64,000 bases of DNA. It comes from Chrysemys picta bellii. Its lineage: Eukaryota. The notes under the pieces are model-generated. The model made no database searches and was not told the origin of the DNA. It saw only the letters and a list, made by a program, of their open reading frames with translations. The stretch covers positions 26,784,001-26,848,000 of the forward strand of contig NC_088793.1 in assembly GCF_011386835.1 (NCBI RefSeq). Reading direction: 5' to 3'. The position numbers were made by a program, and so were the translations under genes. Shown piece by piece: positions 26,259 through 39,050 of the stretch; positions within the stretch are counted from its first letter, which is position 1; each line of letters starts with the position of its first letter.

Positions 26259-27844
26259 TCCTAGAACCCCTAGGTTCCTAGGTCAACAAGAATGTGTGTA
26301 AGTGAGGAATAGGTAAAAACTGTGTGCAATCAGAGTCAGGCCGTTAACATTTTGACCCCTGGTTATTTCACTGAATAAGGCAGGCCCACAAGAACAAACA
26401 GTTTAATAAGAATCTGCTGAAAATGGCATGACATTTTCAAGTAGAGCTTGGAATGGGATAGCACACAGATAATGAGATACAAAGCTTTTCACATCTAGGT
26501 TACTAATTGCAACCATGTGGTTGCTACTATCATGTAGATAGTGGTTATAATGGGAGTTGGATAGAACATCCAGACAGTGGGAGTTGAGACCACTAAGCAC
26601 TTCCAAGGAGACACTCAACACTGTGCAGAATCAGGCTCCTTTTGACTATCCCTGAGACAGAATAAAATCCAATTCAATCTTCCATTGCTTTACTTGGCAG
26701 CAAGATTAAATTCTTGTTTTGCCAATGCAATAAAGAGCTATTATTCAAACAGACATAGATAGCAGACATCTTGAATAAGGAGGAGACATTTTTACCTAGT
26801 TGTTTGGTAACCATAGCTACACTTGTAACTGCTGTGTAGAGGTCTAGATGAAGATCATTGATTCATGTTTGTGCCACTCATCATTTTATTAAATGAGGCC
26901 ATTAAATAGTCCTTTTAGAATATGTATGCATATGTTAATTCCTCAAAAATGACAAACAGAACATTTGCCTCAAAAATAACAACTCACCAGGCTTGAAATT
27001 ATGGCCGTGTGTTGCATTACTATTGTCGTTTTTCACAAAACGTCTGTTTTTTTCATCTGCTCAGTAACGATGAAATGTAAAGCACATATAATAAACATGC
27101 AAAACAGTAGTCGTCATTTGTTTTCCAAAATAATTTCCTCTTAAATATCCTCCACTTATACATGGAATTACAGAAGTGATATATTAATGGAGTATTTGAT
27201 GGTTTGTGCTATCAGCAGCCTCTTTAAAATAAAACAAACAATGTTCTTGTCTTTTATACTCATTTTAGATCTGACCTGCTGGGTCACCTTGGTGCAGGTT
27301 ATGCCATCCTGTCCCAGCTAATAAACAGTGATAGATCTAACAAATGAATTAAAAGCTTCAACCCATTTGCCTCCCAGTCAAGAATATCTTCTTGAATGGG
27401 AGATAAATAGGCTGATATTACTAAAGTACAAGTCCTACAGATGAAATTTTTCAATTTCCGTATGTGATTCCGCTAAAAAGTTTTTACCATGTTAGGCTAC
27501 AGTAGATGGTAGTATTGCTTATTACACTTCTATTACACTACATATTTTGTCTGCCTTTATCAGAAACATTCTATCCTTGGAGAAAGATGAAAAATGTTGG
27601 CCGAATATACAAACCTCTGCTTTGGTATAACTCAAACAACATTCTTGTTCCTTCTAGATTTAGAAGCAGCCAACAGCCTTAACTCACAGCAGACTGCTGG
27701 GTCACAAAAACATCATACCAAAGTCTTAAAACCTTGGAAAATTATATGCCCAGTGTGATATTATTGAGCATTTCAGGGCATGTATGAAAACAAAAAAGAA
27801 TTCAAGAGTTTCTCTAGATTTCACTTAAAATAACAGAGTTCTGT

Positions 27845-29186
27845 TGCATCACTCTGCAGCTTCCTGCACCATGTCAAGCTCCATACTTGGTTGTGGAAAT
27901 CTCTGCTTTACCTCTCATAGAAATTGCACTTTAAGAAGTAGAGGGCACTGGAGGAAACATCTGAGGCTTTTCCTCCTGAAGGGATCATGCGTATGGTACA
28001 GCTTCCAAACCCCGATAGTACTGACAAAGGGTCAGTCCCCAATGGTGCCGAACATGTGGGTGCCAAGGAAGATCCCAGTACTGGGACTTGTGAGATGAGA
28101 CTAATAGGTGCCATAGCCTTGTCCTGCATTGGCGGGGAGTCTGGTACCAAAAGGCACAAAAGATCTCTAGCAGCTGCGTCACATTAGTCGTTGTTGGTAT
28201 TGATATGGTAGCATGCACTGCAGAGGAAGTGAACCCTGTTGAAGGTCCCAGCAATGGAGTCAGTCTCTAGGGTACTGGTAGAGGTGCTGGAGACAACAGC
28301 TCCAGATTGCTAGAATGTGGTACCAGTGAGCATCTCAATGGAGCTTCTCTGACCTCGGTACCCATCTTTTTCTTATGAGACTGAAGAGGATTTAGCCCTC
28401 AAGAAAGGATTTCTTATGACCAGAAATTGAAGTGCTGGACTTTTGCTGTTGTTTGCATGGTACTGGAAACAAAGAATGCTGCCTTCTCTCCAGCTTCTGT
28501 CAATGCAGGGAAACTGCTATGTCTGGTGATGTACTTCAGGACTAAGTCATGTCTGAATTCCGCAAGCCAAGCTACTGCGCAGGGCATCAAACAGAGGTGC
28601 AAAGCCACTTCCATCAGGAGGTCATTAAGCCAAACTTCCCTCAGCTTCTTAGTTCTGATTTTAAATGCCTGCAAACAGGGCACTTATATCTGGTGTGTCT
28701 TTCTCCCAAACACTTGAAGCAGTAGGAGTGAGGATCGCTAACTGGCATAGATTTGTTAGAACCAGAACCAGAATCTTGGGAACTTAGGCATGCTTTGGCA
28801 CAAAGCTAAAAGCAAACAGAGTAAAAAAAAGAAGTAAAACAAATCTCTAAAATGAACACCACTATCTAAACAATAACTAGAACAGTACTATACTATTTAC
28901 ATGAGGGAACTTAAAAATCCTGCTAAAGGGAAAATAGGGGGAAAAAAACAGATGCTCACACGTGCTCCAACTACCAATCACGGCTGATGAGAAGGAACTG
29001 AGAATTGTTAGGACAGTGCCACCATCTGTATACATTCGGCTAGCAGCATGAGCATGCAGAGGGACCACACAGAGGGCAAATGTGCCGCCCCAATGGGCAC
29101 CACTATGGGAAAAGTTCTCCTGCTTCAGTGCCTTGGTACACAGACACCTAAAGTGGGATGAACATGTGCAAGCACTCAAAGAAGAA
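27845..29186 (-). mobile_element. DIRS-type (tyrosine-recombinase) retrotransposon 5' remnant: terminal repeat plus decayed ORF1
   Basis: Minus strand starts ttcttctttgagtgcttgcacatgttcatcccactttaggtg (DIRS terminal-repeat-like). ATG at 28791 gives MPKFPRF, then with frameshifts KSMPVSDPHSYCFKCLGERH and CLQAFKIRTKKLREVWLNDLLMEVAL, followed by a Ser/Pro/Thr-rich tract. No RT or YR seen. Confidence 0.8.
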
Positions 29187-30244
29187 TGAAGCCTGTTTGA
29201 TGAAAACAAAGTGAACCTCCTCAGAGACTCTCAAACCAACCAGTTGGAAAGAACAGCTTAAAAACAGGTAAAATTTTAGGGTTAGAGGCTAGATTGTTGG
29301 CATGGGCAGACAAGAGGGTACGAGGAAATAAGTAACCTTTCCAGCTCCTAAATACTTCCACAAAGGGTAAGTGCAATATTAGTTCTTGCACTCCCAGCAA
29401 GAAGGACTGATGCTGTTTCAGAACCACAGCAAAGCTAAGCATTCAAAAGTGGGTGGGGCAAGACTTTGAGACTTCATCCCTCCTCCCCCCCCCCCCCATT
29501 TTACATTTTCCATCAGAGCCTCTTTTTGAAAAAACGTCACTGCTCCTGCTCTTGCGTCTGCTCCCCTGGCACTGTCAGAGAGATCTGTGCTGAGTCATTC
29601 AGAATACTTCCTGGGACTGCGCTGGTGCAAGGGACCTCCAGAGCTCCTGTCCTATACTCACCCTATTCCCCAGTGCGGGGTTTGACTGAAAAAGCTAGAA
29701 CAGACCCTTAAACCTTCTCAATGTCCCTTAACATTAAGGATAGAACCATTCTATTACTGTGGCATAAACACAATGCTTTTTTACTGAAAACCCAGTATTT
29801 GCTTAGGTCAGTAATCAAGAGGTTCAAGATCTCTTCAGTTTCCTGGCATGGCAGATTCATTTGCATATAATAATATATCATTCCTACTCTGTTATCAGAT
29901 TAATACCAGAGACAGATAATTTCAATCCAATCACCACTGGATGACAACAACAGGCAAATGGAAAATACTACCTCCAAACCCGATTTATAGCTGATCATCC
30001 ATGATTAGAAAGAAAAGAGGATTATTGTAATGATCTAACATAAAAAAAGATGATTTGGGAAGTTTTACAAATGGGGAGGTACGTTTAGGACGTGACATTG
30101 ATGAGCAAATGCTGCATAAAGCACAGTCAACTCTCCTCTGGAAAATGCCTCAGTCACATTAATTTAAGGGGAAGTAACAGATTTGATGATTAGCGATGAA
30201 ATTGTTAAACTCTTCCTCTAATAAAGCTTTGCTATATTCTAGTG

Positions 30245-30567
30245 CAGTGGTTCCCAAACTTGTTCCGCCGCTTGTGCAGGGAAAGCCCTTGGCGGGCCAG
30301 TTTGTTTACCTGCCGCGTCCGCAGGTTCGGCCAATTGCGTCTCCCAGTGGACGCGGTTCACTGCTCCAGGCCAATGGGAGCTGCTGGAAGTGGCGGAGGC
30401 CGAGGGACGTACTGGCCGCCGCTTCCAGCAGCTCCCATTGGCCTACAGCAGCGAACTGCGGCCACTGGGAGCTGCGATCGGCCAAACCTGAGGACAGGTA
30501 AACAAACCGGCCTGGCCCGCCAGGGGCTTTCCCTGCACAAGTGGCGGAACAAGTTTGGGAACCACTG
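30245..30567. mobile_element. hAT-Charlie-type MITE, near-fully palindromic
   Basis: TIRs cagtggttcccaaacttgttccgcc / ggcggaacaagtttgggaaccactg; arms pair over ~145 bp; TSD ttctagtg / ttctagcg. Confidence 0.93.
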
Positions 30568-31681
30568 TTCTAGCGAGGTACATATTTCCCTCAGCCATAA
30601 TTTTAACAGAAATCATTTAAAATGTCACGGTCATAATGACTAATATATTGCCCTGCATCATAGCAATTATATTCTAATACAAACTGTGCAGTTCACGGGT
30701 ACTGAATTTGTGATGATGTTTGCAGTGGGTATTATTACAGAGTTAGGTCACTGGATTTCATTTATTGATTCATGATTGGAAGAAATTAACATATTAAATG
30801 AACATAATAAAGATTGCACTATTCATTCCTCCAGCCAGAGAAATAAACTATAGGGAAGGACACATAAATGGCCTTTAAAAATGCTACCAATATTTGTGGC
30901 CATTTCAGTAAACTCTGATAGCTGAGAGTGCCATTACTTTTATTTATAAAGCCCTCCCCCTTTCCATTCCACATGTCCAAGGGGATGTGGGATGCTTCAC
31001 AATTAACTGGGCTTGAAAAAATTGTTTGTGCAGCACCTAATTGCCTGAGGACTAAGTCAACAAACCCAGGTAAGTCAGCAAAGTTTATCCAGCTCTATGT
31101 CACTGCGGCTAAAAGACAGGATTTTAATACTAAATCTATTATGTGCTACACAGTGAATAAGAAAGAAAACCAAGTACAACCTATATTATAATCTTGCCAT
31201 TAGTGGAATGAGCCCAGGGCTGGGAACCAGGAATTCCTGACATCTGACTGCTTCTATGGACTTTACATCACAGCATTAAATGTATTATGAAAACAGACAT
31301 TATCTATGAAAAATAGATTTTAAAAAAGACTTTTGGAACAGACATGACACAGTCCTAAGCTGTGTCTCCTAGGTGGTGCTGAACACTCTGAGTTCCCATT
31401 CAAAGCTCTTAGGGCAAGGAGCCCATCTTCTTCAGTATCTCTAAAGCGGCATGCACAACAGTGGTGCTAACTACATAAAGAAATAACTAACACTCTGATT
31501 CAGTTTCTCCACCTAGGAATAATAATAGTTACTTAATCTATTTCATAGAGGGTTTAGTAGGGATAAATTAATTAATGACTAACATTTTCAGACCTGGGTG
31601 GCTAAATTTAGTCTCCTCAGCCCATAATTTAGGCACCTAAATAAAAGAGGGCTGATTTTCAACTCCCACAGACGTCAATGG

Positions 31682-31967
31682 GGCCTTGGCTACACTTACC
31701 CGCTAGTTCGGCGGCTGGCAATCGAACTTCTGGGTTCGACTTATCGCGTCTAGTCTGGACGCGATAAGTCGAACCCGGAAGTGCTCGCCGTCGACTGCGG
31801 TACTCCAGCTCGGCGAGAGGAGTACCGCGGAGTCGACGGGGGAGCCTGCCTGCCGAGTGTGGACCAAGGTAAGTTCGAACTAAGGTACTTTGAACTTCAG
31901 CTACGTTATTCACGTAGCTGAAGTTCCGTACCTTAGTTCGAATTAGGGGGTTAGTGTAGACCTGGCC
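31682..31967. mobile_element. PIF/Harbinger-type MITE, CpG-rich
   Basis: TIRs ggccttggctacact / agtgtagacctggcc; three internal hairpins; CpGs largely retained. Confidence 0.85.
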
Positions 31968-32284
31968 TCAGTGTGCCATAAATACTTGTAAGGCATGTAA
32001 AGTCATAATGTCAAAATGGCTGATAACTTAAAAATTGGATGGTAAATTATGAATCCCAGTGTTGACTCAACCTGGGGATATGCTGAACAAAGAGCTCTGA
32101 ACCATGCTTGAAGCTGTTTTCATCACTTCCCACTGACTCACACATTTTAGGCTTCAAAGTGGCACACGGAGTGACAATCCTAGAACTAGAATATTGACAA
32201 AAAACTTTTCTTATTGAAACAATCTGCATGAGCCAGGCACAAATCAAAGTCTTATTCTTTATGTATTTAATATTTAAATTATAG

Positions 32285-32370
32285 TAATGCACACGTCGCA
32301 ACCAGAACTGTGCTAGGTGCTGTACAAACAGAGATAGATACTGTGTCTCTTCCAAGAGCTTGCAATATAT
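32285..32370 (-). mobile_element. L2/MIR 3'-tail fragment
   Basis: tgtgctaggtgctgtacaaaca...gtctcttccaagagcttgcaat. Confidence 0.6.
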
Positions 32371-33319
32371 ATGATTTGTTCATGTGGGTTTTTCAAACTG
32401 GTCAGTTGGTGAACAACTGGTATTTCTTGTGGAGAAGTCAGTTTGTTTACTTTATACAAATTGAGCCTGCGTTTCATTTGCAAAACCATAGATGATATGT
32501 TTAAGATATGGAGCTTTGTCTTCATCCACTCTGTCCAGATCCTTCTTCTGGCCAAAAACAACAGAATATGATTTTCTCACAATTATTAAGATGAGACTAA
32601 CTTTAAAATTGGCACTGAGGAGGCAGAAAAAGCAAACAAAACCAAGCAAACATTCACTCTGGGGAGTGAAATGTAAAAACATGGCTTGATGTGCAGAAGA
32701 ACCACAGTTCATGCATAATTTATTGATTACAGACATCACATGATGGGCCCTCAGCTAGTGACATCGTATAAAATAACAACCACATGTTCCTTGTTGCATA
32801 ATGTAGCAGAGGAGCAGGCCATAACTACGTATCAGTAAGTCTTCTTACTGGGAAAACTGTTTTAATCTTCAACACGTAATGGCAAAGGGAATGTTATTGG
32901 TGTGTGAGTTTCTTGTTGTTTTGGGTTTTTTTATGTGAGACCATGGCAAATCAATAATAAAAAAAGGAAGACAATGTTGCTAGTGAGTTAGATCAATGTG
33001 TAAAGTTTGGAAAGTTGATTTGAATGCTTATGCAAACGGCTGACTATTTTCTGGCCACCCTATACCCCTTCAGTATTCCTTGTCTCTCTCTCTCCCGGGC
33101 ACTGTCCATCTAGCTATGAATTTCTTACCTTTGGCTTAGACTGTCCCTTTTGTCCATAAGTGGAAGGGAACGAGATGGTAGCACTAAAGTGAGGGCATTA
33201 CTAGCTCCATGGCATTGTTTCCCCTCTCCTCCAATTTGGAGAAGCAATTTCCATGGCTGCACTGCAGGAACTAGTTTCCATGGCATGGAAGGGGGCAGGA
33301 CTAGGTGCTGCCTACTGGG

Positions 33320-33377
33320 CCTGATCCAACTCCTACTGAAGTCAATAGGACTAACTTCATTGAGAAGTTGGATCAGG
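33320..33377. repeat. Short palindromic element with TGAAGTCAAT core
   Basis: Perfect 12-bp arms cctgatccaact / agttggatcagg; related copies elsewhere in the window. Confidence 0.7.
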
Positions 33378-34509
33378 TACTATAACATCATCACCATGCC
33401 CTCCCCCACCTTGGAATCCCTGATGTGTAGGGCCAATGTAGGTCCGGCTGTCAGAAGAGAGTCATTATTAAAAACAGCTCCATGCTGTCACAGCAGTAAT
33501 GGGGAGGGAGCACAAACATTAGAGGCTCTGGACCCAATGGATCATCCAAGAGCTGGGGGGTTGGGGGTTGCATCTTCAATCAGTTGTGAGGGGGACATGA
33601 CCTTCTGCCTCCAATACATCCACCCCCTCAGTGGGACCATAAAGATGAAAGGGAAACTTGCTGAGTTTACTACTCTCTGTCATGGCTTTCCTCACATAAG
33701 AGATGACATGGCCCTTTGTTTGTGGCACATACTTACTGTTATTTAAATGCTTACTCTTATCTTGTACATAATGTTCTCTCAGGATACGTTAGCTCAAATT
33801 CGATCAGTTAGGTTATAAACACTACACCATGTGAGGGTTTTAATGGAAGGGCTAGCATAACCTTAATTGCAATGGCACAAATGGTAATAAGATTCTTTGG
33901 AGGCTTAGTTTTATTCCTATGTCTTTTCTCCATGGGTGTCAGAGATAGAATCTCTTTATTCCAAGCATTTTATATTAGCTCCTTCAGGTTGTGTCATTCA
34001 AAGAGTAATAAGACCTCTTACAAATCATAATACACAGGAGAAAAGGAAAAAGTAGCCTGTCTCCTTGAGATATCAATTGCTTTTCAGAAAATGACAATGA
34101 GATATTCAAATGAGTTACCCACTGCTCCTTCTTATACCTTTAAATATATTCCCAGTTGAAAGATTTTGTAAAGACAGAGTTAAGGTTGAGACTACATTGC
34201 CCTTTAAAACAGCATTAAAATATTATAGTTAATAAAAAATAAAGCACTATGAATCACAGAAACTCAGAAAATTCAAATGTAGAGGTTCTACAGCCCTAAC
34301 ATTAAGTCTACATATAATCCTATCGTTTAGTGAGCCTCACTAGTTGCCACACCATATTTAAGTCTCCTCTGTTGAGAACATTACTTTCAATCAGTGTGGT
34401 CTTTAACTGTATGATGACATAAGGTGTGATTATGTGCATCTGTTACCAGGAGGCTGTCAGTGTAGATTCAGTGTAGATCCTACTTTCTTTTGCTTTCACT
34501 GGATTTTTA

Positions 34510-35347
34510 TCAACAGTGACGGGTTCTAAATTAGCTATTGCTACCCAAGAAAGAGATCATGGATAATTCTCGGAAAACCTCCACTTAGTGCACAGCAGCA
34601 GTCAAAAGGCTAGCCATATTTTAGGAACCATTATGAAAGGGATACAAAATAAGCTAGAAAATATAGTGTCACTATTTAAATCCATGGTGTATCCACACCT
34701 TGAATACTGTAGCCAGTTCTGCTTGCCCCATCTCAAAAGGGATATAATGGAACTGGAAAAGATTCAGTGAAGAGCAGCGAAGACGATCAAGGGTATGAAA
34801 CAGCTTCCATATGAGGAGAGACTAAAAAGATTAGGGCTGTTCACCTTAGAAAAGAGATGACTGGGGGGACAGAGGACTATAAAATCATGAATGGGGTGGA
34901 AAAAGGTGAATAGAGAAGTGTTATTTACTCTTTCACACAATACAAAAACTAAGGGTCACCTGATGAAATTAAGAGGCAGCAGGTTTAATACAAACAAGAG
35001 GAAGTATTTCTTCACAGAACGCATGACTAACTGGTGCAATTTATTGCCATGGGAAGTTGTGATGGCCAGAAGCATAACTGGGTTCAAAAAAGCACTACAT
35101 AAATGCATGGAGGATAGCTCTATCGATGGCTATTAGCCATAATGGTCAGGGATGCAACCCCATGTTTGGCGCAACCCTAAACCTTTGACTACCAAAAACT
35201 AGGCGTGGAAGACAGAGATGGATCATTTGAAATTGCCCTGTTCTGTACACTCACCTTGAAGGTGTGGTATGGACCAGTGTCAAAGACAGGATACTGGGCA
35301 AGACAGACCATGATCTGACCCAGTATGACAGCTCTTATGTTCTTATG
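34510..35347 (+). mobile_element. CR1 3' portion (RT C-terminus, 3' UTR, TTATGTTC tail)
   Basis: ORFs 34588 (KSMVYPHLEYCSQFCLPHLKRDIMELEKIQ) and 34891 (TKTKGHLMKLRGSRFNTNKRKYFFTER); ends ctcttatgttcttatg. Confidence 0.93.
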
Positions 35348-35430
35348 TCCAGCACAGCTCTTGCTGTTGGCCAATGAACTGATGCATCATGCACTGTACA
35401 GGACTCAGTGCACAGAGGAAGAAGAGATTA

Positions 35431-35805
35431 CTCCTGGGGAATTCTGCACCAAAAAGTTTAAAATTCTGCACACGATATTTTAAAATTCTGCAGAAGAACA
35501 CTATAGAACAGTGGTTTTCAAACTGCGGGGCATGACCCAGTACTGGATCGCGGAATGGAAAGCACTGGGTCGCAGCAGCTCTGGTCAGCACTGCCAACCG
35601 GGCCATTAAAAGTCCAGCTTCCTTCCCCAACCGTGTCTTCTATTTGCAAGCTGTGAACTGGACTCTGAGGGACTGGGTCCAGCAGCTCCTAGTGGTGGCC
35701 AGAAGCTTTGCAGCCCATTTCTGCAAGAGAAAAAGGAAATTCTACACAGAACACTAATTTTGAGAAAATTTTGCATCATGCAATGGTGCAGAATTCCTGA
35801 AGGAA
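35431..35805. mobile_element. Tc1/mariner-like MITE containing a one-ended hAT-Charlie fragment from 35509
   Basis: TA|ctcctggggaattctgcacc ... ggtgcagaattcctgaaggaa|TA; internal cagtggttttcaaac terminus. Confidence 0.65.
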
Positions 35806-37876
35806 TAAGAGATGTATTTGGTGTACTGCAGCCTGCCTCAGTTATGTGATGTGTCTTGCTGCCTGACCTGAACTGGGTTAATTGGCATTTGAGTGCTCCA
35901 TGAGCTGCAGAGAGCTGCCACAAAGGGAAAGCAAATAAGCTAACTCTGTGTAGATGCCCTTACTCGGGTGAATGAGACACATCCTTTTTCCAACTTGGCC
36001 AATTAAATTACATTTTTTACTAAAAACAATAAAAAATTCTCCTTTAGGCAGAGAATAGACCCAAGGATATTTATATAGAAAAGAACTTTCCCCAGTAAGT
36101 TAGTGTTGCGTGTGCACACACACACTCACACTTGTGCTTTCTAAAGCAGTACATTTCATCTGAAAGACAGCGCCTCCAAGAGTCAGTACAGTACTCCTAA
36201 CAGCATGATGGGGTATTGGTTCATGCGGACTCAGAGGAAAGTGTTCTTGCAGTACCTGAGTTTTCATCAGAAATCTCTCAAACTACTAGCCAGTCCAGAT
36301 TCTCTTCACATAATGGGATCTTGTAAGATACAACTCAAAGTGGTATGAATTAATATTGACTTTAAATCTGTATTGTATACACTTGGTTGTGACAAAAAAA
36401 AAATCCAAAACAGAGCACTTCACTGTACACACTTCTCACTTCTCCCCCTGGTGAGATGATGAAAAAACAAACATGTGATACATGTTAGTCACTTTGCTTA
36501 ATACACGACGAGAAGGCACTCAGACACAATTGTGATGAGCAGTATGAGAACAGGAAAGTAAAGCCTACACCGATTCTGCAGGCTGGAAAAAAAAATCAAG
36601 GAATTCTTCCAGCAATTCCCTTTCTTATAAGTGAGTCTTGTATTTTATAACTCTCCAGAAGCTCAAATATAGCCAGTGTAGGCAGCACAATACAGCAAGT
36701 CTGCAGGATGCCATGGAGAGTGTGAGGAGCACTCTGAGTACCATGTATTTCCTATGAAACTAGACCTATTTAATAGGTGTTAATGAGTAAGGCGATAACT
36801 GAAAAGCAGTCTTAGTACTGATGATGTTGACAAGGAGAATATTCATACTGAACATTGTGCCTTTGCTAATGAGGAAAAATAGAGTGTGATTAGATGGAAC
36901 AATTGCTTTAATCTGGCTATCACATTCTGTTCCTTTCACAAAATACTTGTCAAACTGCTTTCTAACAAATATATAACTGGAGATTAATTATTCAAAAATA
37001 AAATAATGCAAACTCTCCTGGCTTCCATGGTGCATGTAGCAACATCCTTTTTATCCTTTCCCCTCATCCTTTTCTTCAACTGCAAATCTGGTGCTGACAG
37101 GTCCCCTCAACCCCCCATCCTCCACCCCACAGTAATCATATTAATTTGTGAGAGGGAAATCTCAGACTGTAAATGAGGTCTTAAATCAATCAATCTGAGA
37201 CCAGCAATACAACTGAGCTATTTTATTATTTTATTTAATCACTACTTAAATGTTTTGGCCAAAATGTCATACTCTTATATCCTCAACTACCTTTACAGGT
37301 ATTAACCAAACAAAGCCTCTGGCTAGTTAAAGAACAGATAATATGTGCAAAAGCATTTTCTAGCTTATAACTCTAATTCTGCATTTAAACCAAGACCACT
37401 AAAAAGAACAGTGCAGATCCATTTTGACAACGCTACATGTTTACAATGGCCTTTTAGGACCTTGTGTTCCCACAGGGTCGAGTGCCTTGGAGTGCAGGAA
37501 ATAGTAGCAATTTATTATGAAACGTCCCTGAAAAGTTCAAGCAGTAGGTAAATTTCCCATTTGGCATGTTGCCATAGTGAATTACTTCTAAAGTATGTTA
37601 AAGATCTGAAGAAGGTCTGCAAAAAGAAAAGAATGTGGGAGAAGTCAATGGGAAATAAAGTCGTATGTAACCAAGGTACTAACTTTGAGTCATCCCTCTC
37701 ACTAGACCCAAACAAATCTTGCTGCTTCTTGTACAGCATCACTAAAATCAGGCCTTTCCTCTCTGTACCGATAGCTTAAAGTCTCATCCTCATCCCTTAC
37801 TATTTTTGATTCACAACTTCCTTCTTCCTCTCTGTTTTGGAAAAAATTCCATTTCGCCCCACTTCATGTCATTTAA

Positions 37877-38275
37877 AATGCTGCTGCAAACATTATCTTC
37901 CTGATTTGTCACTTCAATCACATCACCTGTCCCCCTCCCCCCTTTTTGCATCCCCACTGATTTCCCCTTCTCTACCACTTCAAACACAAACTACTTGCCT
38001 TCACTCTTAAGGCCCTTCCTGGACTATCCCTACCATCCCTATCGTTTCTTGTATAGAATCCAGATGTAGACTACCACCTCTGATCAGCCAACAAGGCCAC
38101 CGCGGATTGTGGTTTTGTCAAATTTTTGGGCAAGCACCATCATGATTCTTTCCATGTTGTCCCTTGTGCATGGAATTTGTTCCCTGTAAAAATCCACAAG
38201 GCCACCACATCCTTCTCCTTTAAATCTCTCCTTAAAACTCACCTATGTGGTGATGCCTACAAAACACTTGACAGC
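37877..38275 (+). mobile_element. L2 LINE 3' fragment
   Basis: aatgctgctgcaaacattatc (NAAANII), HKLLAFTLKAL-like segment, and tttaaatctctccttaaaactcacct (FKSLLKTH), the L2 C-terminus. Confidence 0.8.
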
Positions 38276-38784
38276 TGTTCGTAGGGTGGTGTGCTGTGGC
38301 ATCAAGAGTTATTCCACTGTTCAGAACTGTCATTGTTCATTTTTGCTCCCACCTAAATCTATTTGTCATTACCCACCTGCTATCATTCAGCTTTAAATTT
38401 AGACTGTAAATTCTTTTGGGCAGAGACCATCTATTTGTTAGATGATTGTACAGTGACCAACACAATCGAGCCATGGCCTCTCGGTATCATAATACAAACA
38501 ACAACACACTTCTCCGCCTGCAATATGTAGGATTCCCTGCAAACACAATACTTAAAAACAAATCTATGTCACGTGTTACTGCTGCTTTTGGAAATATATG
38601 AATTTTTACTGTTATGTAAAAAAAGGCATATGAACACATTTGTGTATTTCCAGCCCATTTGCAAACAGCAGGAGGATGGGGGACTCCTGTCAGACAGGCT
38701 TGGAAATGATTGATGCCCTGGCCCTCAAATCCACATTATACATAAAAGAAGCCCAAGTTACATGTGAATGAGCTCAGTATTACC

Positions 38785-39050
38785 CAGGATTGCCAGGTGT
38801 CTGGTTTTTGTCCGGAATGCCTGGTCGAAGAGGGACACTGATGGCTCCAGTCAGCACTGCTGACCGGGCTGCTAAAAGTCTGGCTGGCGGCAGAGTGGGG
38901 CTAAGGCAGGCTCCCTGCCTGCCCCGGATCCGCCCTGCTCCCGGAAGCAGCTGGCATGTTCAGCTCCTAAGCTCAGGGGTGGCCACGGGAGCTCCGTGCA
39001 CTGCCTCCGCCCTGAGTGCCGGCTCCACAACTCCCATTGGCCAGGAGCCA
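38785..39050 (+). mobile_element. One-ended hAT-like MITE fragment
   Basis: Starts caggattgccaggtgtctggtttt (cagggttgcca-type TIR) with a GC-rich body; no right TIR. Confidence 0.7.

Noticed and set aside
31727-31944. CRISPR-like or structured ncRNA gene
   Set aside because: The hairpins are all different and lie within Harbinger-type TIRs in eukaryotic DNA; there is no repeat-spacer periodicity.
33150-33746. Longest ORF (198 aa) as a gene
   Set aside because: No recognisable domain; it runs through a short palindromic repeat (33320-33377); the peptide is Cys/Ser/Leu-rich like random sequence.
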